Part shown: positions 48,159-59,901 of the stretch, piece after piece | How positions within the stretch are numbered: position 1 is the stretch's first letter | Layout: every line of letters begins with the position of its first letter | NCBI RefSeq assembly: GCF_963921235.1 | Contig: NC_086097.1 | Span: 55,368,001-55,432,000 of the forward strand | DNA from: Mobula hypostoma | Lineage: Eukaryota | Length of the DNA stretch: 64,000 bases | Reading direction: 5' to 3' | The notes under the pieces: generated by a model | Told to the model about the DNA's origin: nothing | The model's database searches: none | What the model saw: only the letters and a program-made list of their open reading frames with translations | Made by a program: the position numbers and the translations under genes

Positions 48159-50752
48159 ACACACCCAGCCTCCCCCCTCCCCCCTCTGATCCCAGCTCTC
48201 ATCCGTGCCGAGTCTTTACCATCCCCTCCGACCTTCAACTGTCGGAGGCAGAACGCTCTGTTCTCAGTAAGGGCCTCATGTTTGTCCCCCTTCGCCCACA
48301 CCTCAGCGAGTTCCGTGTTCGCCATGATGCGGAACTTTTCTTTCTCCGTCTCCGAGCCTACTTCTTCAGCAAGGACTCTTCCATCCCCACTGATGACCCC
48401 TTCTCCCGTCTTCAACCCTCCTCTTCTTCATGGACACCCCGCTCTGGTCTTCTGCCTGCTCTGGATCTCTTTATCGCTAATTGCCCGCGGGACATCAACC
48501 GTCTCGACTTCACCGCACCTTGTCCCCATTCCAACCTCACTCCTTCGGAACGCTCTGCTCTCCACTCCCTCCGCACTAATCCTAACCTTATTATTAAACC
48601 CGCCGATAAGGGGGGTGCTGTTGTAGTCTGGTGTACTGACCTCTACCTTGCCGAGGCACAGCGACAACTCGCGGATACCTCCTCTTATTTACCCCTCGAT
48701 TATGACCCCACTAAGGAGAACCAGGCCATTGTCTCCCACACCATCACCGACCTTATCCGCTCAGGGGATCTCCCATCCACTGCTACCAACCTTATAGTTC
48801 CCACACCCCGCACTTCCCATTTCTACCTCCTACCCAAGATCCACAAACCTGCCTGTCCTGGCCGACCTATTGTCTCAGCTTGCTCCTGCCCCACCGAACT
48901 CGTTTCTGCATACCTCGACACGGTTTTATCCCCCCTTGTTCAATCTCTTCCTACCTATGTTCGTGACACTTCTCACGCTCTTAAACTTTTCGATGATTTT
49001 AAGTTCCCTGGACCCAACGCTTTATTTTCACCATGGATGTCCAGTTCTTATATACTTCCATCCCCCATCAGGAAGGTCTCAAAGCTCTACGCTTTTTGGA
49101 TTCCAGACCTAATCAGTTCCCCTCTACCACCACTCTGCTCCGTCTAGCGGAATTAGTCCTTACTCTTAATAATTTCTCCTTTGGCTCCTCCCACTTCCTC
49201 CAAACTAAAGGTGTAGCTATGGGCACCCGTATGGGTCCTAGCTATGCCTGCCTTTTTGTTGGGTTTGTGGAACAATCTATGTTCCATGCCTATTCTGGTA
49301 TCTGTCCCCCACTTTTCCTTTGCTACATCGACGACTGCATTGGCGCTGCTTCCTGCACGCATGCAGAACTCGTTGACTTTATTAACTTTGCCTCCAACTT
49401 TCATCCTGCCCTCAAGTTTACCTGGTCCATTCCCGACACCTCCCTCCCCTTTCTAGATCTTTCTGTCTCTGTCTCTGGAGACAGCTTATCCACTGATGTC
49501 TACTATAAGCCTACTGACTCTCACAGCTATCTGGACTATTCTTCTTCTCACCCTGTCTCTTGCAAAAACGCCATCCCCTTCTCGCAATTCCTCCGTCTCC
49601 GCCACATCTGCTCTCAGGATGAGGCTTTTCATTCTAGGACGAGGGAGATGTCTTCCTTTTTTAAAGAAAGGGGCTTCCCTTCCTCCACTATCAACTCTGC
49701 TCTTAAACGCATCTCCCCCATTTCACGTACACCTGCTCTCACTCCATCCTCCCGCCACCCCACTAGGAATAGGGTTCCCCTGGTCCTAACCTACCACCCC
49801 ACCAGCCTCCGGGTCCAACATATTATTCTCCGTAACTTCCGCCACCTCCAACGGGATCCCACCACTAAGCACATCTTTCCTTCCCCCCCCTCTGCATTCC
49901 ACAGGGATCGCTCCCTACGCACCTCCCTTGTCCATTCGTCCCTCCCATCCCTCCCCACTGATCTCCCTCCTGGCACTTATCTGTGTAAGCGGAACAAGTG
50001 CTACACATGCCCTTACACTTCCTCCCTTACCACCATTCAGGGCCCCAAACAGTCCTTCCAGGTGAGGCAACACTTCACCTGTGAGTCGGCTGGGGTGAGT
50101 TGCGGGCTGTGTAAGAGGGAAGGGTTAGATTGATGGAGACCGCTTTGCTGAACACCTACGCTCTGTCTGCCAGAGAAAGCAGGATCTCCCAGTGGCCACA
50201 CATTTTAATTCCACATCCCATTCCCATTCTGACATGTTTATCCACGGCCTCCTCTACTGTAAAGATGAAGCCACACTCAGGTTGGAGGAACAACACCTTA
50301 TATTCCGTCTGGGTAGCCTCCAACCTGATGGCATGAACATCGACTTCTCTAACTTCCGCTAATGCCCCACCTCCCCCTTGTACCCCATCTGTTACTTATT
50401 TTTATGCACACATTCTTTCTCTCACTCTCCTTTTTCTCCCTCTGTCCCTCTGAATATACCTCTTGCCCATCCTCTGGGTCCCACCCCCCTGTCTTTCTTC
50501 CCGGACCTCCTGTCCCATGATCCTCTCGTATCCCCTTTTGCCTATCACCTGTCCAGCTCTTGGCTCCATCCCTCCCCCTCCTGTCTTCTCCTATCATTTT
50601 GGATCTCCCCCTCCCCCTCCAACTTTCAAATCCCTTACTCACTCTTCCTTCAGTTAGTCCTGACGAAGGATCTCGGCCTGAAATGTCGACTGCACCTCTT
50701 CCTACAGATGCTGCCTGGCCTGCTGTGTTCACCAGCAACTTTGATGTTTGTT
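48159..50752 (+). mobile_element. Penelope-like element (Neptune-type), 5'-truncated, RT nearly intact (frameshift ~49030), GIY-YIG motif deleted
   Basis: IIKPADKGGAVVV, FYLLPKIHKP..PGRPIVS, MDVQFLYTSIPH, GVAMGTRMGPSYA, YIDD and a CKRNKCYTC linker; pLTR with hammerhead; 12-bp TSD TCCTGTATTTTC (48147-48158, 50753-50764). Confidence 0.93.
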
Positions 50753-50769
50753 TCCTGTATTTTCCTTTT

Positions 50770-51840
50770 TGTTTATGCATGTCCTCATTTTTTTGTTTGA
50801 GCAGCTGGGCCTTTTTGGTTGTGGTTACCTTTTTTCCTTCAGAATTATTTTGTCCAGCTTCAATTGGTTGCTTTCTATCAGTTTCTTTGCCCCATTCTCA
50901 TTTCCCACTCTCTCTTCAATAAGATTCAATATTTTACAGTTCTCACTCTTTCAGCTCAACCCCTGCCACCTTCCCACTGTACCATCCTCTCTCTTTCTCA
51001 TGACCTCTCCTACCATCTTCTCTATCCTGCCCACCCTCCTGTTCTTCCTCTCATTCTTCCACCCTCATATTTTCCTTCTTTACTCTTCCATTCAGTCTCT
51101 CTCTTTCCTTTTTCCTATTTCTCTCTCTCCTTCCGTCTTTCTTCCTTATCTCTTATTCACTTTCCATTAATCACCCTAACAGCCAGCAGCCCACTCTTTC
51201 ACACTCATGTTACCCATTCTCCCTTCCTTTTTTCTGCTTTTTTGTCCGAACTATGACTTTGAAGGAGACCATTTGGCCTGTCATTTGTATTCCAGCTCTT
51301 GGAGCAGTCACATTGACCCCATTCCTTCCTCACCTGTTCTTTCCCTCTCTCTTGTATTATTGCTTCCCATCTATCCACCCACACTCTTGCTCTTACTCTT
51401 CCCTGCTCTTACTTTTTCTCTCTCTCTCCACCTGCTCTCGCTGTCTTTCTTCTGCCTGTCTTTCCCCTCTCTGCCCTGCTGCTGTTCCTCTCTCTTATCT
51501 ACTTGCCCATCACATCCTCTCTTTTTCCAGACCACACCATTCTCTTACCTTCCCATCTTCACATACTTGTCTCTTCCCTTCACTCTCCCTACAACCAGAA
51601 ACCTCTATCCTCCATCCCTTCTCTCTCCACCACCTGCCTTCACCTCTGACCCCTTTCCTCACTCCTTTCCTATAATCCCACCTCCCCCATTATTCCTCTG
51701 TATCACCCTTACAATACTGTATCCTCATTTCCTCACTTCCTCAAGGCATTCCTATACTCTCCCTCTTCTGTTCACTCTTTTCACACTCCTCCATGCCCTC
51801 GTTTTCCTACTGACACCTTGCCACAGCACCCTATGCCACA
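50770..51840 (+). repeat. ~1.1-kb pyrimidine-rich low-complexity tract
   Basis: Plus strand is overwhelmingly C/T with no clear period, which produces spurious L/S/F/P-rich ORFs. Confidence 0.85.
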
Positions 51841-53719
51841 TTTAAAATGTGCCTGGCTGTACTTGAAGAACTGGAGCTGCAGGGCAATGAACTGCTAGAA
51901 GCTGAGATTAGGAGGGTAGCCCCTTTACAACCAACTCTATGTGGTAAGCTGAATTGTCTCCTTCCATTTTTGAAATTTTCTGTGATTCACTCATCCATCC
52001 AATACTTGCTTCTCATCTTTCACCTTGCTACCCTTTTCCATCTCATTTTATACTCTATATCCCACTGTTTCTGATCCTCTTGCCCCCCCCGCCCCAATTT
52101 ACGTTTTTGCTAAACATGTTATCTTTCTTATTTTTGTTGTGGTAAGATCTTCTTCGTATTTTCTGCAGTATTGTCTAGTTAATCTGTATCTCTCCCTATC
52201 TATGAACTCTCCTCATGTCATTCTATCTATGGACATCTTAAACTATTTCAGCTTAATTTAAGCTTGTTTTGTTATTTCTCACTTAAGTGATTTGTAGTTT
52301 GAAAATAGACTAATTTATGTTGCAACATTTGGTCACTTTTAACAATGGCATTTTTTAAAGACATGTCTATTTATCATATACAAAATTCCAAGACAACAAC
52401 TTGTCTTAAAACAAACCTCCTTTCATGAGTGAATAGCTTTTAGGAATAGCAATAATTTTCACATTTAAAAGTGAAAAATAAGTAGTTGTATATATCAGAA
52501 ATTTTTTCTGTTTTTAAATTAAAACTGCATGTACTCTGCAGTTTTCTGCATGGATAGTATATTTTGTTATTTTATAGTTTGGGAACTTTCTCTTTATGAT
52601 GTTTATTTCCTCAGTTCTGTTGATCACTCATAAAACACTAGGGATTTATTTGTACTCTTTCAGAATGAACTAATTATTGAGTTTCAAATTATGGGTATCT
52701 GTTCTTGTTAACAGTTCTCCATCTTCTCCATCATATTTCTTCAATGACTCTTTATTCATAACTATATAGGAGTTACCATTGACAGTTTAATGTAAGAAGG
52801 TTTTTATAAAGTCAAGCTGTAATTGACTTGGATTTTTAAAAAAATTATGTATTTCACAAAAGGCCCCAGTTGAAAGGTAATTAAATTAATTGGGTCTTCT
52901 CAATATGATTTTAGATTTTCTTTAAAGTAAAATTATATACAGTGCAATTATTAACTAAATTCTCGCAGTGCAGAATAATTACCTATAGTTGTATTGTGCC
53001 TATGAACATACAACTTTATAATAGCAACTTTTTTCCTAGAATTAGATATTGAAATTGAAATGATTAACATTCTTTGATTTTAGAGAGTACGCAACATAAT
53101 AGATTGCATACATTACTTAAGAATTTGTTAATATTTTTCTTTGTAATGTGTAATATAGTTAGCATTAGTGAATTACCACATACGTGCAGAGATCTGTTTT
53201 AATATATTGCATTCCCATAGTTGTACTGCACTGAAAGAGGCCCTTCTGGTTACAAATTCATGCTTCCAGTTGCACCAATACACACTAATCCCATTTACCC
53301 ACATTAGGTCTGCTGCCTTCTATATCTTTATATCTGCTCTACTGTCTCCTTTGGGAGCACACTCCAGATTCCTGCCACACTGTGTGAAAAAAATTCCCCC
53401 TCATATCCCATCGAAACCTCCTACCTTTCACGTTAAAATAATACCTCTTATCTTAAGCACACCCAACAAAAGAAAAAGTTTATTGCCATTATCTCCTTAA
53501 TTCTTTCAGGCTGCTCCTCAGCTTCCTCGACTCCACAGAAAACAAATACAGCCAATCCAATTTCTTCCTTATAACTGAAATGCTGAAATCCAGGCAATTT
53601 CCTGGTGAATCTCTTCTGCATTCTCTCCATTCTTCCAGAACTGCAGACAAAGCTCCAAAGTATGACCTAATGTTATATAAGGTTTTAACATGATTCCCTG
53701 GCTCTTATTTTGTGTGCCA

Positions 53720-54784
53720 ATGCTCACAGAAGGCAAAGAGTAGTTGTAGCCAGGTCATATTCTGCATGGAGGTTGGTGACCAGTGGTGTGCCTCAAGGAT
53801 CTGTTCTGGGACCCTTTCTCTTCGTGATTTTTATAAATGACCTGGATGAGGAAGTGGAGGGATGGGTTAGTAAATTTGCTGATGAAACAAAGGTTGGGGG
53901 TGTTGTGGATAGTGTGGCGGGCTGTCAGAGGTTACAGCAGGACATTGATAGGATGCAAAACTGGGCTGAGAAGTGGCAGATGGAGTTCAACCCAGATAAG
54001 TGTGAGGTGGTTCATTTTGGTAGGTCAAATATGCTGGCAGAATATACTATTAATGGTAAGGCTGTTGGCAGTGTGGAGGATCGGAGGGATCTTGGCGTCC
54101 AAGTCCATAAGACACTCAAAGCTGCTGCATAGGTTGACTCTGTGGTTAAGAAGGCATACGGTGCATTGGCCTTTATCAATCATGGAATTGAGTTTAGGAG
54201 CCAAGAGGTAATGTTGCAGCTATATAGGACCCTGGTCAGACCCCATTTGGAGAACTGTGCTCAGTTCTGGTTGCCTCACTATAGGAAGGATGTGGAAACC
54301 ATAGAAAGGGTGCAGAGGAGATTTACAAGGATGTTGCCTGGATTGGGAAGCACGCCTTATGAGAATAGGTTGAGTGAACTTGGTCTTTTTTCCTTGGAAT
54401 GACAGAGGATGAGAGGTGACCTGATAGAGGTGTATAAGATGATAAGAGGCATTGATCATGTGGATAGTCAGAGGTTTTTTCCCAGGGCTGAAATGGCTAA
54501 CACGAAAGGGCACAGTTTTAAGGTGCTTGGAAGTAGGTACAGAGGAAATGTCAGGAGTAAGTTTTTAACGCAGAGAATGGTGAGTGCGTGGAATGGGCTG
54601 CTGGTGATGGTGGTGGAGGCGGAAACGATAGGGTTTTTTAATAGATTCCTAGATAGGTACATGGAGCTTAGAAGAATAGAGGGCTGTGGGTCACCCTAGT
54701 TAATTTCTAAGGTAAGTACATGTTCGGCACAGCATTGTGGGCTGAAGGGCCTGTATGGTGCTGTAGGTTTTCTATGTTTCTATG
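53720..54784 (+). mobile_element. Young CR1 LINE 3' portion
   Basis: SGVPQGSVLGPFLFVIFINDL, SKFADETK, LYRTLVRPHLE and RGDLIEVYK motifs; tail TTTCTATGTTTCTATG. Confidence 0.93.
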
Positions 54785-54899
54785 AAGGCAAACATCCTAT
54801 ATGCCTTCTACATCTGTTGCCAGTTTTTGGGATTTACAGACTTGTACCTGAAAGTCTCTCCATTTATGAAAACACCTCAGGGCCCACCCTTTTACTGTA

Positions 54900-55426
54900 C
54901 AGGTTTCCCCCGCTATCCAAAAGTAGAGCGTTCCTATGAAACCTTTCATAAGCCGAAATGGCGTAAAGTGAAGAAGCAATTACCATTAATTTATGTGGGA
55001 AAAATTTTTGAGCGTTCCCAAATCCAAAAAATAACCTACCAAATCATACCAAATAGCACATAAAACCTAAAATAACACTAGCATATAGTAAAAGAAGGAA
55101 TGATATGATAAATACACAGCCCATATAAAGTAGAAATAATCTATGTACAGTGTAGTTTCACTTACCAGAATCGGGAAGATTTAGCCAAAACCGATATGTA
55201 AAAAAAAATCGGCACGTACACGCATGCGTGCACACCTGCCCGCGCAAGGCTTCACTGTCATGGTAGTCTTTCTCAGGGTAAACACAAGTTTAAAGCGGCG
55301 CCTTTTTTCATAAAAGTGAAAATCCTCTTCGGATTTCTTTCGGTTTAGCGAAAACAGGTACTAATGTAGGTCTTTCCTAAAAGTGAAGCGGTGTAAGGCG
55401 AACTTTCATAAAACGGGGGACACCTG
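54900..55426. mobile_element. Tigger/pogo-like MITE
   Basis: TA-CAGGTTTCCCCCG ... CGGGGGACACCTG-TA; non-coding interior. Confidence 0.85.
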
Positions 55427-55717
55427 TATATGTGTGACCCTTGTTTACCCTCTCAAAATGCATCATTTCAGTCTCATCAGGATTGAAGTCCATTTGCTAT
55501 TGCTCCATCTAACTTTTCAGCTGATTGAAGTTAAATTATAGCCTTAGGCACCCTCCCCATTAGAGCGGGTGCAGAAGAAATTTACCAGGGTGCTGCTTGG
55601 ATTAGAGAACATGTATTATGAGGAGAGGTTGAGGGAGCTAAGAGTTTTTCTCCTTGGAGAGAGACAGGATCAGAGGCGACTTGATACAGGGAATAAAGTT
55701 ATGAAAGGTATAGATAG

Positions 55718-57421
55718 TGAACGCAGCAGGCCAGGCAGCATCTCTAGGAAGAGGTACCGAGGTTTCGGGCCGAGACCCTTCGTCAGGACTCACTGAAGGA
55801 AGAGTTAGTAAGAGATTTGAAAGTGGGAGGAGGAGGGGGAGATCCAAAATGATAGGAGAAGACAGGAGGGGGAGGGATGGAGCCAAGAGCTGGACAGGTG
55901 ATTGGCAAAGGGGATACGAGAGGATCATGGGACAGGAGGTCCGGGGAGAAAGACGGGGGGGGGGAACCAGAGGATGGGCAAGGGGTATAGTCAGAGGGAC
56001 AGAGGGAGAAAAAGGAGAGTGAGAGAAAGAATGTGTGTATAAAAATAAATAACAGATGGGGTATGAGGTGGAGGTGGGGCATTAGTGGAAGTTAGAGAAG
56101 TCGATGTTCATGCCATCAGGTTGGAGGCTACCCAGACGGAATATAAGGTGTTGTTCCTCCAACCTGAGTGTGGTTTCATCTTTACAGTAGAGGAGGCCGT
56201 GGATAGACATGTCAGAATGAGAATGGGATGTGGAATTAAAATGTGTGGCCACTGGGAGATCCTGCTTTCTCTGGCGGACAGAGCGTAGGTGTTCAGTAAA
56301 GCAGTCTCCCAGTCTGCGTCGGGTCTCGCCAATATATAGAAGGCCACATCGGGAGCACCGGACGCAGTATATCACCCCAGCCGACTCACAGGTGAAGTGT
56401 CCTCACCTACCACCCCACCAGCCTCCGGGTCCAACATATTATTCTCCGTAACTTCCGCCACCTCCAACGGGATCGCACCACTAAACACATCTTTCCCTTC
56501 CCCCCTCTGCTTTCTGCAGGGATCGCTCCCTACGTGACTCCCTTGTCCATTCGTCCTCCCATCCCTCCCCACTGATCTCCCTCCTGGCACTTATCCTTGT
56601 AAACAGAACAAGTGCTACACATACCCTTACACTTCCTCCCTTACCACCATTCAGGGCCCCGAACAGTCCTTCCAGGTGAGACGACACTTCACCTGTGAGT
56701 CGGCTGGGGTGATATACTGCGTCCGGTGCTCCCGATGTGGCCTTCTATATATTGGCGAGACCCGACGCAGACCGGGAGACCGCTTTACTGAATGCCTACG
56801 CTCTGTCCGCGAGAGAAAGCAGGATCTCCCAGTTGCCACACATTTTAATTCCATATCCCATTCCCATTCTGACATGTCTATCCACGGCCTCCTCTACTGT
56901 AAAGATGAAGCCACACTCAGGTTGGAGGAACAACACCTTATATTCCGTCTGGGTAGCCTCCAACCTGATGGCATGAACATCGACTTCTCTAACTTCCACT
57001 AATGCCCCACCTCCACCTCGTACCCCATCTGTTATTTATTTTTATACACACATTCTTTCTCTCACTCTCCTTTTTCTCCCTCTGTCCCTCTGACTATACC
57101 CCTTGCCCATCCTCTGGTTCCCCCCACCCCCGACTTTCTCCCCGGACCTCCTGTCCCATGATCCTCTTGTATCCCCTTTGCCAATCACCTGTCCAGCTCT
57201 TGGCTCCATCCCTCCCCCTCCTGTCTTCTCCTATCATTTTGGATCTCCCCCTCCCACTTCCAAATCTCTTACTAACTCTTCCTTCAGTTAGTCCTGACGA
57301 AGGGTCTCGGCCTGAAACGTCGACTGTACCGCTTCCTAGAGATGCTGCCTGGCCTGCTGCGTTCACCAGCAACTTTGATGTGTGTTGCTTGAATTTCCAG
57401 CATCTGCAGAATTCCTGTTGT
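55718..57421 (+). mobile_element. Penelope insertion with inverted 5' copy (minus 55718-~56407, plus ~56401-57421), encoding a GIY-YIG domain on both arms
   Basis: ORFs 56082-56375(-) and 56676-57002(+) contain IYCVRCSRCGLLYIGETRRR..EH/EC..LEEQHLIF..GMN. 14-bp TSD AAAGGTATAGATAG (55704-55717, 57422-57435). Junction microhomology CCTCACCT. Confidence 0.93.
57290..57325 (+). ncRNA. Minimal type I hammerhead ribozyme motif in a Penelope pLTR (best-preserved copy)
   Basis: AGTC-CTGACGA-AGGgtctcggCCT-GAAA-C-GTC-GACT: stem I AGTC/GACT, core CUGANGA and GAAA, GUC cleavage triplet, palindromic ACGU mini stem III. Activity not shown. Confidence 0.75.
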
Positions 57422-57699
57422 AAAGGTATAGATAGACTAGAAAACCAGCACCTTTTTCTCGGGTCAGCAGTGACCAATACCAGAGAACATCTATTTAAGG
57501 TGTGTAAGGGAATGTTTAAGTGAGGTGTCAAAAGGTAGATTTTTTGTTCACACGAAAGTGAAGTGAGGGAGCCTGGAACTCACTGTTGGGGGTGGTAGAG
57601 GCTGATCCAATAAGAATACTTAAAAGACTCTTAGATAGGCATATGAATGTAAGAAAATTGGAGAGTTGCGGGCTGTGTAGGAGGGAAGGGTCAGATTGA

Positions 57700-58280
57700 T
57701 GGAGACCGCTTTGCTGAACACCTACGCTCTGTCCGCCAGAGAAAGCAGGATCTCCCAGTGGCCACACATTTTAATTCCATATCCCATTCCCATTCTGACA
57801 TGTCTATCCACGGCCTCCTCTACTGTAAAGATGAAGCCACACTCAGGTTGGAGGAACAACACCTTATATTCCGTCTGGGTAGCCTCCAACCTGATGGCAT
57901 GAACATCGACTTCTCTAACTTCCGCTAATGCCCCACCTCCCCCTCGTACCCCATCTGTTATTTATTTTTATACACACATTCTTTCTCTCACTCTCTTTCT
58001 CCCTCTGTCCCTCTTAATATACCCCTTGCCCATCCTCTGGGTTCCCCCCCCCCATCTTTCTTCCCGGACCTCCTGTCCCATGATCCTCTCGTATCCCCTT
58101 TGCCAATCACCTGTCCAGCTCTTGGCTCCATCCCTCCCCCTCCCCCTCCAACTTTCAAATCTCTTACTAGCTCTTCCTTCAGTTAGTCCTGACGAAGGGT
58201 CTCGGCCTGAAACGCCGACTGTACCTCTTCCTAGAGATGCTGCCTGGCCTGCTGCGTTCCCAGCAACTTTGATGTGTGTT
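57700..58280 (+). mobile_element. Short 5'-truncated Penelope copy (end of GIY-YIG + pLTR)
   Basis: Highly similar to 50134-50752 and 56774-57386; possible TSD GATTGA. Confidence 0.9.
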
Positions 58281-58473
58281 GATTGAATTGGTTTATATTG
58301 GTTGGCAATAATTGAAACTCCTGTATGCCTAAGTCATTGATGTATGTCACAAACATCAAGGGTCCAGCATTCCAACATCCTTCATAAGGCTAAAATGCTC
58401 CATATTATCACTGTCTCTCTCCCTGAACTCTCCATCTATTGTCTCTTTCTGCTGGTGAGTGTTGATGTAAGTA

Positions 58474-59232
58474 CAGTGGATTCTGGTTAATTGGGATATC
58501 GGTTAAAAAACTAATCAAGAAAATAGCTGGGATTTCCTTTATTTATTTATCACTATGCCACTTAAATGGGGCAGTAGACTGTTGCCGAACACCAGTTGTG
58601 TGAATTGTGTGGACTTGTGTGGCTGTTAAACATTGCACCGTGCTTAGAGCAAACAGATTTTAAATAGTGTTAGTTACAGGTGTTTGTATTCAAAAAGCAG
58701 TTATTTTTGTCACTGATGGTTGGTGAGAAATAAGCTGAAGGCAATACAGAACTGTTCTGCTCACTGCACTTTCGAGCATCCAAGCTTGGTGAAGACAGAA
58801 ATGACCAGGAATGAAAATGAAACGCTTTCACTACTTCAACAAGTTAGAATCTACGAAGAATTTAAAGGTATTAACAATCATCCTGAATGTTACAATGAAA
58901 ATGAAGATTTGGAGGATACAGTCGTCGAAAGAATTGTACGAGGGCAGTCCATTATCTGCATTGATTTTGTTCATTTAGTCAAAAGAACATGGCAGCTTAC
59001 ACTGAATGAATTCCTCCATTAATAACTATTAAGAAGTAATAGTAGCATTGGTAGTTTTTAAATTTATTTTGTATTTTATTTAAATACATAATTTGTTTCT
59101 CAGTTAAATGGTAGTTTATCTTTTTTATACCTTTGTAACTATTTCCATAAAACTTTAGCTAATTGGGGCAGCCGCTTAATTGGGCTAAAATATACTTGGG
59201 CTCGATGTGTCCCAATTAACCTGAATCTGTTG
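58474..59232 (+). mobile_element. Non-autonomous Tigger/pogo-like element (same family as 884-1686)
   Basis: TA-CAGTGGATTCTGGTTAATTGGG ... CCCAATTAACCTGAATCTGTTG-TA; YNENEDLED remnant. Confidence 0.85.
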
Positions 59233-59669
59233 TATTTATTTAGGACTTTTATCCACTTTACCTGGCTCTAGGCAAAAATTGCCCCTCTGATCCATAAGAG
59301 GGCTTAATCTTTCCTGGTTACCCTTTTGCTTCCAATACACTTACAAATTCTGTAGGTTTATTCTTAATCTGTATGCCAATAATACTCCATAGCCCTTTTT
59401 GCTCTCATAATTTCTTTTATTTTAAGTACGCTCCTGCACTGTCTATATTCCTTAAGGAACTAACCTGTTTTTGGTTACCTGTATCTGTCATATGCTTCAT
59501 TTCTATTTATATTTTTCATCAATATCCTTAATCATTTAGGATTGCCTAAGTTTGCTGCCTTTACCTTTCAAACTTATAAGAGGTGTTGGCCCTGAACTCT
59601 CACTGTTCCCCTTTTAAAAGACTGTATTATATTGTTTTGCCCACAAGCAGCTACTTTCAATCTACTTTT

Positions 59670-59901
59670 TGCAAACAAGAGAAAATTGGCATATGCTGAA
59701 AATACGAGAAACACACACATAAAAAATGCTGAAGGAACTCAGCAGGCCAGGCAGCACCTATGGAAAAGAGTACAGTCGATGTTTCAGGCTGAGACCCTTC
59801 AGCAGTCCTGCTAAAGGGTCTCGGCCCGGAACATCAACTGTACCCTTTTCCATAGATGCTGCCTGGCCTGCTGAGTTCCTCCAGAATTTTGTGTGTGTTG
59901 C
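59670..59901 (-). mobile_element. Older miniature Penelope-derived palindromic element
   Basis: Imperfect inverted arms centred at ~59805 with two decayed hammerhead cores (CTGCTGAAGGGTCTCAGCCTGAAAC on minus). Tail on the left. TSD ATCTACTTTT (59660-59669, 59905-59914). Confidence 0.8.

Larger units (their letters stand above)
55558..58312 (+). mobile_element. CR1 3' fragment (55558-55717, 57422-57699, ~58281-58312) hosting two Penelope insertions
   Basis: ERVQKKFTRVLLGLE..KVMKGID continues as KGIDRLENQHLF after the first insertion, then LKRLLDRHMN. Confidence 0.8.
53200..59660 (-). mobile_element. Old CR1 LINE fragmented by younger insertions (pieces ~53200-53715, 54785-54899, 55427-55555, 58315-58400, 59240-59660)
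   Basis: MERMQKRFTRKLPG at 53448-53630 and successive, more upstream CR1-like segments on the minus strand between the insertions. Confidence 0.55.

Noticed and set aside
50748..51845. 140-212 aa hydrophobic ORFs
   Set aside because: Artefacts of the polypyrimidine tract (L/S/F/P codons, few stops).
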